From assembly GCA_963774265.1 (NCBI GenBank), contig CAVZDU010000009.1:64001-128000 (forward strand): a stretch of 64,000 nt of DNA, given 5' to 3'. The number at the start of each line of letters is the position of its first letter. The first letter of the stretch is position 1. The notes under the pieces are model-generated. The model was not told the origin of the DNA, made no database searches, and was given only the letters and a program-made list of their open reading frames with translations. Both the position numbers and the translations under genes were made by a program. This document shows positions 53,215-62,782 of the stretch, one piece after another. Source of the DNA: an uncultured Chloroflexia bacterium (GTDB taxonomy: Bacteria > Chloroflexota > Anaerolineae > CG2-30-64-16).

Positions 53215-53301
53215 CGCGCGACTCCACTTCGGATGACTCGTATGACTTGCGCATCACTATCGCACAAGGCGGGGCAGGCGTCTGTAACTGGTTCCCCAGT
53301 G

Positions 53302-53334
53302 GAGAAAAAGAGGCCGGCCCCTTGCGGGGCCGGC
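53302..53334 (-). terminator. Intrinsic terminator
   Basis: GCCGGCCCC/GGGGCCGGC stem followed by CTCTTTTT on the minus strand. Confidence 0.75.
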
Positions 53335-53364
53335 GCTGAGGAGATCAGGGGGAGATAGTATGAA

Positions 53365-53850
53365 TCAGTCGCAGCCGTCCAGGCAGCGCTCCTGATAATT
53401 CTTCAAATCGGTCGCATGCTCCTGGTAGTGTTTTGACATAGAGTAGTAGAAATCCACCAGGGACATCTCAACGCCCCTGGGCTCCTTGCCCTTCTCGGTC
53501 AGCGCCTCATCCTCGGTCCGGTCCAGCTCGCGCATCAGGCGCCGATGCGCGGCCTTCAGGCCATCCACCACGCTGAGGAGGGGCAGCGTGGACCGCGCCT
53601 CCACTTGCTTCTCGTTCCACGCGTCATCGTACGTGACGCCTTCCTGCCATGGTCGTTTGCCATTCCAGGCGCCGGCCGTCACCACCGCTTCATCCACCCA
53701 CACCCACACGTGGGCGACCACATCCTTCGCTGACCACTTTCCCACCACTTCCGTGGCGGTCAATTCTTCTACGGTGAGGTGTCCCAGAGAGTCCATGAAC
53801 AACTTGAAGCTGCGGTCAAGGGCCATCCAGGCATCATCACGGGTGTGCAT
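53365..53850 (-). CDS. DinB-superfamily protein
   Basis: GKWSAKDVVAHV..W, DAWN, HYQEH. Confidence 0.8.
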   Translation of the reverse strand: MHTRDDAWMALDRSFKLFMDSLGHLTVEELTATEVVGKWSAKDVVAHVWVWVDEAVVTAGAWNGKRPWQEGVTYDDAWNEKQVEARSTLPLLSVVDGLKAAHRRLMRELDRTEDEALTEKGKEPRGVEMSLVDFYYSMSKHYQEHATDLKNYQERCLDGCD

Positions 53851-54659
53851 TGATCCCCACCTCCTCACTCTCGTCAAGTACACGGTCCAGCCCGGCGTAC
53901 ACGTTCAGGCTGTCTCGTCGTACATAACCCACAAGCGTCACGTTCCAGGCTGCGGCCAACGCGATGGACAGGGTCGTCGGCGAACTACGGCTGACGACTA
54001 CCGGTGTCCGCATCTGGGCCGCCTTGTTAAGCATCTCCGAGCTGACGCGCCCTGTCGTAATCAGGATGCGCCCCTCGGTCGGAATCCCGTCGATCAGGCA
54101 TCGCCCATACAGCTTGTCCAACGTATTATGCCGGCCCACATCCTCGCTGATTGCGAGCAATGATCCCCCCTCGGCCAGGGCGGACGTGTGACAGCCTCGA
54201 ATACGCTGGCGTTGCTGCAATTGGAACAGCAATCCTCCCAGCTGCCGAACGGTGACCCGCAGATCGCTGATCAGCGGCTCACGCTCGGCCAACAAATCCG
54301 AAAAGGTGACGCCGCCGCCGCATCCGCTGGTGATGGTCATTTGCGGCGGCCGTTGCACCCCTGCATCCTTCAACCAGACCTCGACGCACGCGCCGCTGGG
54401 ACAGACCACGATACGGCGCACGTCCGCCGGTCCGGCGATGATGCCCTCGCTCGCCAGAAAACCTAGTGCCAGGGCATCCAGGTCCTGGGGCGTGGCCATC
54501 ATGCTGGCCCACTCGGCGCCATTGACGTGCAGGCGCACCAACCCCTCGTGCACGACGCCCCCGCTGGTCCCCATCAGGCGGCCATTCTCGTACCGCCGGA
54601 AAGAAACTTCGCGGCTTATCCCCATGCGCAGCAACTCGCGAACACGAACATGGGGCCAT
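53837..54659 (-). CDS. fdhD: Formate dehydrogenase accessory sulfurtransferase (start uncertain)
   Basis: LALGFLASEG, TSGCGGG, EDVGRHNTLDKL, TGRVSSEM, SSPTTL. Confidence 0.92.
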
Positions 54660-54808
54660 TATAGTCGCAAGCCCGGGGTTTCGCAAGAGATCACCCGATA
54701 ATTTGACACAAGCGGTCAGGTTCGGGTATTAAAAAAGTGCAATCCTGCGATACTGCCGGTTCTGCAATTGCGGCATGGATTGCCATTGACAGGAAAGGTG
54801 TAATAATC

Positions 54809-55099
54809 GTGAAGAAAGAGAAAGTCGCGAAGAGCAACAAATCATCGGTGACGTTCGAGTTGCCCGCGGTGGAAGCGGGGACCGTATCCGTGGTCGGTGA
54901 TTTCAACAAGTGGGATGCGGAGAGCGGGCTGATGAAGCAGCGCAAGGATGGCGCCTGGACAAAAGCCATCCGTCTGGACCCGGGCACGTACCGGTACCGC
55001 TTCGTGGCCGATGGGAACACATGGCACAACGACCCGGCCGCGGATGGCTACGAGCCATCGGAGTTCGGCCAGGACAACTGCGTCGTAATCGTAGACTGA
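54809..55099 (+). CDS. Isoamylase early-set/CBM48 glycogen-binding protein
   Basis: VTFEL, VSVVGDFNKW, LDPGTYRYRFVADG..W..DPAA. Confidence 0.88.
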   Translation: MKKEKVAKSNKSSVTFELPAVEAGTVSVVGDFNKWDAESGLMKQRKDGAWTKAIRLDPGTYRYRFVADGNTWHNDPAADGYEPSEFGQDNCVVIVD

Positions 55100-55106
55100 T
55101 TCAGAC

Positions 55107-55139
55107 GATGACGGGCGGGCTTGTGTCCCGCCCGTCATC
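55107..55139. terminator. Hairpin between convergent genes
   Basis: GATGACGGGCGGG/CCCGCCCGTCATC perfect stem. Confidence 0.7.
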
Positions 55140-55148
55140 CTAGATCCA

Positions 55149-55902
55149 CTACTTCTTCACCGCGCCCTGGGCCGCCACGGCCGCCGCGGCTTTCGCCACC
55201 GCCTCGGGATCGCCCAGGTAGTAGTGGCGGATCGGCTTCAGGTCATCGTCCAGCTCGTACACCAGCGGGATGCCGGTCGGGATGTTCAGCTCGACGATCT
55301 CATCGTCCGAGATGTTGTCCAGGTACTTGACCAGCGCGCGCAGGCTGTTGCCGTGCGCAGCGATGATCACACGCTTGCCCGACTTGAGCGCCGGCACGAC
55401 GGTCTCGGCTGCCAGTAGGGCAGGAAGCGCGCCACCGTGTCCTTCAGACACTCGGTCAGGGGCAGCTCGTCCGGGGCCACATCAGCATAGCGCGGGTCAT
55501 GGCCGGGCCAGCGTGGTCATCCTCGCGCGTCAGCGGCGGCGGCGGCACGTCGTACGAACGGCGCCACAGCTTCACCTGCTTCTCGCCGTACTGCTCGGCG
55601 GTCTGCGCCTTGTTCAGCCCCTGCAGCGCGCCATAGTGGCGCTCGTTGAGGCGCCAGGTCTTGATGACCGGGATCCACATCTGGTCCATCTCGTCGAGCG
55701 CGATCCACAGCGTGCGGATGGCGCGCTTGAGGACGGAGGTGTAGGCCACGTCGAACACGTAGCCGCCCTCGCGGAGCAGCTGGCCGGCCTCGTGCGCCTC
55801 GTGCACGCCCTTCTCCGAAAGATCGACGTCGGTCCAACCGGTGTACAGGTTCTCCTTGTTCCAGGTGCTCTCGCCGTGGCGGAGCAGCACAAGCTTGATC
55901 AT
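55149..55902 (-). CDS. gpmA: 2,3-bisphosphoglycerate-dependent phosphoglycerate mutase (frameshifted)
   Basis: [40 protein letters not shown]. Confidence 0.96.
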
Positions 55903-55987
55903 GGTGATTCCATCCTGATCGTATGCAATGAAAATGCGGAAGGCTCAATGATCCGATTTCTGCCTTCCGCATTCTGACTTCTCCGAG

Positions 55988-56061
55988 TACCCCCGACTGG
56001 ACTCGAACCAGTGGCCTAGGCGTTAGGAGTGCCTCGCTCTATCCACCTGAGCTACGGGGGC
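55988..56061 (-). tRNA. tRNA-Arg(CCT)
   Basis: Reverse complement GCCCCCGTAGCTCAGGTGGATAGAGCG-AGGCA-CTCCTAA-CGCCT..GGTTCGAGTCC..CGGGGGTA. Confidence 0.93.
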
Positions 56062-56108
56062 GTGACCAGATCATAGCATACCGCGGCAACTGAGGCAATT
56101 TCGCGGCA

Positions 56109-56702
56109 CTACAGGACCTTGGACCCGGTCTTCGGCTGCGGCACGGGCGATCGCAGATACCTCCGCACGCGCACAAATACAAACCCTCCGATGGCGCCCA
56201 GGACGAGGCCGTACCCGATGATGGAAGCCAGGGCGAAACCGTTCACCCACGAAAAGCTGCGCTGCCATTTCCAGATCGAGCCGTCGTCCAGGATGACAAG
56301 CTTGGCGTAGGTCTTCGACTCCTGGCACTGACCGACCGCCAGTGAGTGGGCAATGCCTCCGGGCAGGGGCGGCAATTGGGGCAGCTCCGGCGCGCACGTC
56401 AGCCAGCGCGGGGGCACCTTGTTCACCGGAATCTCGGCCGCGGTTACCTGCTCACACTTGTCGCGCCACGTCCCCCCGCTGCAGAAGAAAAGGTTGCCCG
56501 ACTCCGTTCGCACGTACGGCTGCAGAAGGCGCGTGACGGCCACGATCTCCACGGCTTTCTCGTCCGTAGGCGAAATGATCCTGAACCAGCGGTTGTCCCG
56601 GTTGAGGTACGCGTTCATAGCCGCCCCACAAAGGGCGGTGAACGCCAATGTAACAAGGACAATAGTGAGGATCTCACCGCGGGTGAACGGGGTCTTCTTC
56701 AT
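56109..56702 (-). CDS. Hypothetical membrane protein
   Basis: TM segments at both ends around a Cys-containing loop. Confidence 0.65.
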   Translation of the reverse strand: MKKTPFTRGEILTIVLVTLAFTALCGAAMNAYLNRDNRWFRIISPTDEKAVEIVAVTRLLQPYVRTESGNLFFCSGGTWRDKCEQVTAAEIPVNKVPPRWLTCAPELPQLPPLPGGIAHSLAVGQCQESKTYAKLVILDDGSIWKWQRSFSWVNGFALASIIGYGLVLGAIGGFVFVRVRRYLRSPVPQPKTGSKVL

Positions 56703-56790
56703 CGGCGGTCCTTTCATGTCAGAGCGTGCCAATCATACCATATGGCACGAAGTTGGCAACTCGAACATGACCGCCGTCACGTTCCCCCCA

Positions 56791-57771
56791 TCACGAGTGT
56801 TTTTTCCTCATGTAGAACAGGCTCTGAATTCCGATGAAGATCAGCGTGAGAACGCCCACGCCGATGCGGGTCCACCACGAACTCAGGGTGCCATTGAATT
56901 GGAGGATAGACACGATGGTGCCGTTGATCAAGACCCCGAACAGCGTGCCAATGACGTTCCCTACGCCGCCTGTCAACAGCGTGCCGCCGATCACCACCGA
57001 GGCAATCGCGTCCAGTTCCATTCCGGGGGCATAGCCTCCATAGCCTGAGAGCAGCGAAATACTCCATACAATCCCGGCTAAGGCCGAACAAAAACCGCTG
57101 AAGGCATAAACGATGATCTTTGTGCGCCCGACCGCCAAACCCATCAACCTGGCGGATTGTTCGTTGTTGCCGATCGCATAGACCGTTCGACCGAAGCGTG
57201 TGAAAAATGACAGGTAGATCACCACTAACAGCAGCAGCGGGCCAACGAGGGAAGGAAGATACACATACGCTTTGGCAAACAAGGGAATCGGCACTTTCGT
57301 CAATGCCAGCATGCGATAAAACGGATTATTGATGGGCAAGCCTTCAAGGGTGATCACATAGGCCATGCCGCGAGCGAAAAAGAGGCCCATCAGGGTCACA
57401 ATGAAGGGTTCCACTTTCAAGAAGTGGATGATGCACCCCAGGGTGAACCCAAAAGCGATGCCCATCAACAGCATCAAGGGCATCACGACCGCAGGACTTG
57501 TTCCCTTCGCCAGCAACGCGGCGGAGGCGGCGGAGGTCAGGGCGATCATGCCTGCCACGGAAAGGTCGATCCCTTTCGTCAGGATCACGAAAGTCATCCC
57601 GATGGAGACAATCATCAGGCTGGCCGTGTTGATGAACAGGTTGAAAAACACCTGCGGCTTCTGCATGGCCGGATACAAGCGGGTCCCCACAAAGTAGACC
57701 AGAATAAAGATGACGATCGTGGTCAGCATGGGGCCATTTTTCAGCAGGAAAGGCTTAATTCGCTGCGCCAT
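56791..57771 (-). CDS. yjfF: Sugar (galactofuranose-type) ABC permease YjfF-like
   Basis: GIDLSV, FGRTVYAIGNNEQSARLMGL, ELDAIASVVIGGTLLTGG, LSSWWTRI. Confidence 0.82.
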   Translation of the reverse strand: MAQRIKPFLLKNGPMLTTIVIFILVYFVGTRLYPAMQKPQVFFNLFINTASLMIVSIGMTFVILTKGIDLSVAGMIALTSAASAALLAKGTSPAVVMPLMLLMGIAFGFTLGCIIHFLKVEPFIVTLMGLFFARGMAYVITLEGLPINNPFYRMLALTKVPIPLFAKAYVYLPSLVGPLLLLVVIYLSFFTRFGRTVYAIGNNEQSARLMGLAVGRTKIIVYAFSGFCSALAGIVWSISLLSGYGGYAPGMELDAIASVVIGGTLLTGGVGNVIGTLFGVLINGTIVSILQFNGTLSSWWTRIGVGVLTLIFIGIQSLFYMRKKHS

Positions 57772-58835
57772 GTTGGGGCCCTTTCCGTTCAAGCAATCGA
57801 TTCACAAGGCGACGGGCGTAATCGGAATAGAGCAGGATCACCACCAGAACCAGCACGGCTCTGCCGGCCAATAGGGCATTCGCAGGCACCCCGAAGGTGT
57901 ACATGGTGATGGTGAAGGTCCAAATGATCAGCGCGCCGATGATGCTCGCGAAGAGTGAAAATCGCCCGCCCGTCATCAGCGTCCCGCCGATGACAACTGC
58001 TAGGATGGCATCCAGCTCATAGTTGAGGCCGTTGTTGTTGCCGTCTGCACTGTGGACGTAGGAGCTGAGTATCAAGCCCGGCGATGGCAGCGCAAAAGCC
58101 GCAGAAGGCATAAGCGAGCAATTTGACGTTCTTCTCGCTGATGCCGCTGTAATAGGTCGATTTGGCGTTGATTCCGACTGCTTCGATAAACAGGCCGATC
58201 GAGGTTTTTCGAACCAGCACCCAGGCCAGGACGAACACAAGGGCCACGATGTAGATAGATACTGGCAGCCCCAATATGAAACCATTTCCGAACCAGAAGT
58301 AGGGCGTGTAATAGATGGTCATGATTTGCCCATTCGTGATGAGTTGGGCGATGCCGCGGCCGGCCACCATCAGGATCAGCGTGGCCACCATCGGTTGGAT
58401 CTTTCCCCTCGAAACCAGCAGCCCATTCCACAAACCACACAAAGTGCCGGCCGCCAGATCAGCCAGGATGATTAACGGCAATGGGGTATTGGTCATGTCT
58501 TTCGTGAGAATCTCATTGGAGATCAGTTTGTTGCCCAGGGCCGGATTGATCAGCACCGCACCCATGGCGGCTGAAATCGCGATCACCGCGCCAACCGAGA
58601 GGTCGATGCCTCCCGTAGCAATCACCAGGGTCATTCCGATCGCCACCAGCATCAGGGGCGCGGCATTGTTAACAACGTCAATCAGATTTCCGTATAGATG
58701 ACCATCCAGGATTCCGACTTTGAAGAAGCCGGGGGCGAAAATGGCATCGGCAACGAAAATCAAAGCCAGCGCAACGAGGGGCCAGAACAGACGGTTCTCC
58801 CGAATACGTTTCAGCAAAGTGGTGTTAGCTTTCAT
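57755..58835 (-). CDS. ytfT: Sugar ABC permease YtfT-like (frameshift near 58075)
   Basis: GHLYGNLID, IQPMVATLILMVAGRGIAQL, SADGNNNG..ELDAILAVVIGGT. Confidence 0.82.
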
Positions 58836-60349
58836 AGATTGCCCGCCATTGTCTGAATGATGGTCTGGTCATCAACGTCGCCGGGGTACTCGGCAGCCTT
58901 CTTCTGGTCTCGCAGGACAATGATCCGATGGCTGGTGCGCAACACCTCTTCCAACTCCGAGGAGATGAATAAGCACGACTTGCCTTCGTCCGCCAGGTCC
59001 AGCACCAGCTTCTGGATTTCTGCTTTTGCTCCCACATCAATGCCTTTGGTGGGTTCATCCAGGATCAGGAATTGCGGGTTCGTGGCCAGCCAGCGCGCCA
59101 GAATGACCTTCTGCTGGTTTCCACCGCTCAGGTTCTTCACCAGTTGATCCGGTGAGGGGGTGCTGATCGCCAGCAGTTGAATGTATTTCTCGGCGATTTC
59201 GTATTGTTTTTGGATATTCAGATATTTGAACCATCCATAGCGCGCCTGCAGGGCCAGGATGATATTCTCGCGAATCGTCAGATCGCCAACGACCCCTTCC
59301 GCCTTGCGGTCTTCGGGGCACAAGGCAATCCCATTGCGGAGGGATTCCAGGGGCGAGAAACGTTCGATCTTTTTGCCGCTCATCGTGAGCGAACCGGTGT
59401 CGGGAGTGTCCACGCCAAACAGCAGATTGGCCAATTCGGTGCGGCCGGAGCCCAACAGGCCAGCCACCCCCACTACCTCGCCGACGTTCAGCGCCACATC
59501 CACCGGTTCGAGGGAGCCCGCGCGGCCCAACCCCTTCGCCTCAAGCAGCGGCTCTTCTTCTTCGCCCTGCCCGCGCATAACCTTCGCCTTTGACACGGCG
59601 GCCAAATCGGTCAGGCTGCGTCCAAGCATTTTGGCAACCAGCTCGACGCGTGGCAGAGAGGCCGTATCATACGTGCCCACCAGTTTGCCGTTGCGGAGAA
59701 CCGTGATTCGGTCGGCGATGCGGTAGACTTGATCCAAAAAGTGAGTGATGAATATGATGCCGATTCCTTCGGCCTTTAGTTTCCGCATCACATCAAAGAG
59801 CAGGTTGGTTTCTTTGGCGTCGAGACTGGACGTTGGCTCATCGAGGATCAGGATCTTGGCTGAGGAGATTTCCAGCGACCGGGCAATGGCCGTCATTTGC
59901 TGGATAGCGATTGAATAATTCCCGAGCGGCTGGGTCACATCGATATCGACGGACAGTCTTTGCAGCGCCTGCCTGGCCTGGGCGTTGAGCTGTTTCCAAT
60001 GGATGCTGCCAAAACGGCGAGGCTCATGCCCGAGCATGATGTTCTCGGCGACGGAGATATTGGTGCAGAGGTTGACTTCCTGGTAGACCGTTGAAATCCC
60101 AATCTCCTGGGCATGCTGAGGAGATTTCACCTCCACTATTTTTCCGTCATACTCAATGGAGCCTGTATCCGGGTGCTCCACCCCGGTCAGAGCCTTGATA
60201 AGCGTCGATTTTCCGGCCCCGTTCTCGCCGATCAGGGCATGGATCTCACCCCGTTTCAAGGAGAAATCCACATTTTCCAGGGCCTGGACACCCGGGAAGC
60301 TTTTTGAAATGGCCTTCATGGTCAAGACAAAATCGTCTGCATTTGTCAT
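58832..60349 (-). CDS. ytfR: Sugar ABC ATP-binding protein, two NBDs, YtfR-like
   Basis: GENGAGKS, LDEPTSSL, GLLGSGRTE, CPEDRK, LSGGNQQK. Confidence 0.88.
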   Translation of the reverse strand: MTNADDFVLTMKAISKSFPGVQALENVDFSLKRGEIHALIGENGAGKSTLIKALTGVEHPDTGSIEYDGKIVEVKSPQHAQEIGISTVYQEVNLCTNISVAENIMLGHEPRRFGSIHWKQLNAQARQALQRLSVDIDVTQPLGNYSIAIQQMTAIARSLEISSAKILILDEPTSSLDAKETNLLFDVMRKLKAEGIGIIFITHFLDQVYRIADRITVLRNGKLVGTYDTASLPRVELVAKMLGRSLTDLAAVSKAKVMRGQGEEEEPLLEAKGLGRAGSLEPVDVALNVGEVVGVAGLLGSGRTELANLLFGVDTPDTGSLTMSGKKIERFSPLESLRNGIALCPEDRKAEGVVGDLTIRENIILALQARYGWFKYLNIQKQYEIAEKYIQLLAISTPSPDQLVKNLSGGNQQKVILARWLATNPQFLILDEPTKGIDVGAKAEIQKLVLDLADEGKSCLFISSELEEVLRTSHRIIVLRDQKKAAEYPGDVDDQTIIQTMAGNL

Positions 60350-60391
60350 GGGATCTACCCCTTGTGAAGGGTTTTACGCGGGTCTCTTAGC

Positions 60392-60423
60392 TGAGAAGCG
60401 GCGTCCTGGAACGCCGCTTCTCA
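60392..60423. terminator. Stem-loop after the SBP gene
   Basis: TGAGAAGCGGCGT/ACGCCGCTTCTCA perfect stem. Confidence 0.65.
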
Positions 60424-60476
60424 TTATAGTCCTCTTACATGCTGAGTGTCACGCGAAGCGCCGGAGCGCCGGGGCC

Positions 60477-61514
60477 CTAGTACTTGCGGGACGGCAGCAG
60501 TTCCGCGGCCTTGTCAGGGTAGTAGACGCTCTCGTCGGTGAGCGCTTCCTTGACAATTGTTTCACCGTTCATCAGCTTGAGGGCCAGATCCATGACCTGC
60601 GGGCCAAGCAGCGGGTTGCATTCGACGTCAGCCTGCAGCCAGCCGTCGATCATGAGCTGGAAGCCGCCACGGGTACCGTCAACCGAAACCATCTTGAGCT
60701 CGCCGGGTTTGATGCCGGCAGCCTTGATGGCTTCGACAGCGCCGATGGCCATGTCATCATTGTGGAAGAACACACCCTGGATCTGGCCGGCGTATTTCTT
60801 CAGGAAGGCTTCCATAACAGGCTTGCCTTCAGCACGGGTGAAGTTGCCGGTCTGGGAGTCCAGGATCTTGATGTTGGGGTTGAGGGCTTCGCGGAAACCC
60901 TTGGCGCGGCCGACTGCGGCGCCGGAACCGGTGGTGCCGGAGAGTTCAAGGATGTTGCCGCCGTTGGGGAGCATCTTGTTGAATTCTGCGGCAGCGCGTT
61001 TGCCTTCGATGACCATGTCAGAGCCAATGTGCGAGGCATACATCGAGGGATCTGCCGTGACGGAGCGGTCGACAACGATGACCGGGATACCGGCATCCTT
61101 GGCTTCCTGAAGAACAGCATCCCAGCCGGTTTCAACCACGGGGGGCAGAGCGATGACATTCACACCCTGCTGGATGCAGGAACGAATGGCGGAGATCTGG
61201 TTTTCCTGCTTCTGCTGAGCATCGGAGAAGATCAGCTTGACGCCCAACTTTGCGGCGGTTTCTTTGAATGAAGCCGAGTTGGCAGTTCGCCAGTCGCTCT
61301 CCGCTCCCAATTGCGGGTAGCACAGAGTCATGTCTTTATAGGTCTTGGCGGCGGAGGCCACAGGGGCGGCGGAGGCCACAGGGGCTGCGGCTGCGGGCGC
61401 CTTGGTCGGCGCAGCGGCAGGCGCGGGCGCGGGCGCCACGGCTGGCGCGCATCCTGCCAATGTGCCGAAGATCAGTAGCGCTGCGATGAAAAACGTGACG
61501 GCTGAGGGTTTCAC
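60477..61514 (-). CDS. ytfQ: Sugar ABC substrate-binding lipoprotein YtfQ-like
   Basis: Lipobox LAGC, QLGAESDWRTAN, SDAQQKQENQI, HNDDMAIGA, VECNPLLGP, RKY end. Confidence 0.85.
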   Translation of the reverse strand: MKPSAVTFFIAALLIFGTLAGCAPAVAPAPAPAAAPTKAPAAAAPVASAAPVASAAKTYKDMTLCYPQLGAESDWRTANSASFKETAAKLGVKLIFSDAQQKQENQISAIRSCIQQGVNVIALPPVVETGWDAVLQEAKDAGIPVIVVDRSVTADPSMYASHIGSDMVIEGKRAAAEFNKMLPNGGNILELSGTTGSGAAVGRAKGFREALNPNIKILDSQTGNFTRAEGKPVMEAFLKKYAGQIQGVFFHNDDMAIGAVEAIKAAGIKPGELKMVSVDGTRGGFQLMIDGWLQADVECNPLLGPQVMDLALKLMNGETIVKEALTDESVYYPDKAAELLPSRKY

Positions 61515-61758
61515 TTCATTGTCTCCTTCTGTCTGCTTTTCTTGCTTGGGCTGTTTGCAGGGCGCATTTCTCCCGGTATGAAATGCAGTTCCCTTACATA
61601 CATCGTACGCCTCCATCATAAGGAGAGTCAATGCTTTTTCTTTGGGAGGAAGGTGAGATTTATGCTGCGCCACACGATGAAGACCCAGGTCCTCAATTGA
61701 ACCGGGTGAATATTCTTCAGGAGAAGTTAAATTTCTTTCGACCGGAACGCCGGGAAAC

Positions 61759-62766
61759 TCAATACTTACGAGTGGGCAGGATCTCTTTGGCGTTCTCCGG
61801 GAAAAACACGCCCTCCTCTGAGGGCACCCACTTGGGAACGGGTTCATCGTTGGCCACCTTTAGGGCCAGCTCCAGGAACTTGGGGCCCAGCAGCGGATTA
61901 CACTCAACCGTGGCGTTCAACTTGCCGGCGATCATCGCCTCAAATGCGCCGCGCGCTGCGTCGACCGAAACAATCTTGATGTCCACACCCGGCCTGAGGC
62001 CGTACGCTTCGATCGCCTTGATCGCCCCCAGCGCCATGTCGTCGTTATGCGCGTAAAGCGCGGTGATTGAGCTTGCCGTGCTTCTTCAAGAAGGACACCA
62101 TCACCTCCTTGCCCTGGGCAACCGTAAAATCACCGGAACGCGAATCGATGATCTCCATACCCGGATGGTCCTGCAGGATCTCCCTGAAACCCTTGTAGCG
62201 ATCGTTGGCGGGCGCGGAATCGATCGTGCCCACCAGTTCGACGATGCGGGCCTGGCCGTTTGTCAGTTCGGCCATGATCCGCGCCGCCTTGCGGCCCTCT
62301 TCGAGGAAGTCCGAGCCCATCAGAGTCGCGTAGAGGTCCGGGGGGACGTCCGCGCGGCGGTCGACCAGGATAATCGGGATGCCCGCGTCCTTGGCTTCCC
62401 TGAACACCTCATCCCACCCGGTCTCCGTCAACGGCGCAACCCCGATCACGTCCACTCTTTGGGCGATCAACGAGCGAATGGCCCTGATCTGGTTTTCCTG
62501 CTTCTGTTGCGCGTCCGAGAATTTGAGCTCGACCCCCAACGCTTCCGCGGCTTCCTTGACAGAGACGGTGTTGGCAGAGCGCCATTCGCTCTCGGCACCA
62601 AGCTGGACATACCCAACGATCAGGTCCTGATAGGTCATTTGGGGCTTGGTTTGCGCTGGGGTCGTGGCCTGTCCGGCGGTGGGCGGCGGAGCGCCGCGCT
62701 CACAGCCCGCGACCGCAAGAAGCATGGCGAGTATCGCTGCCCAGACAAGCCCTTCGCGCCCTTCAT
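61759..62766 (-). CDS. Second YtfQ-like substrate-binding lipoprotein (frameshifted)
   Basis: VAGC lipobox, QLGAESEWRSAN, SDAQQKQENQI, VECNPLLGP, RKY end. Confidence 0.85.
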
Positions 62767-62782
62767 CGCCCCCACCTCGCCC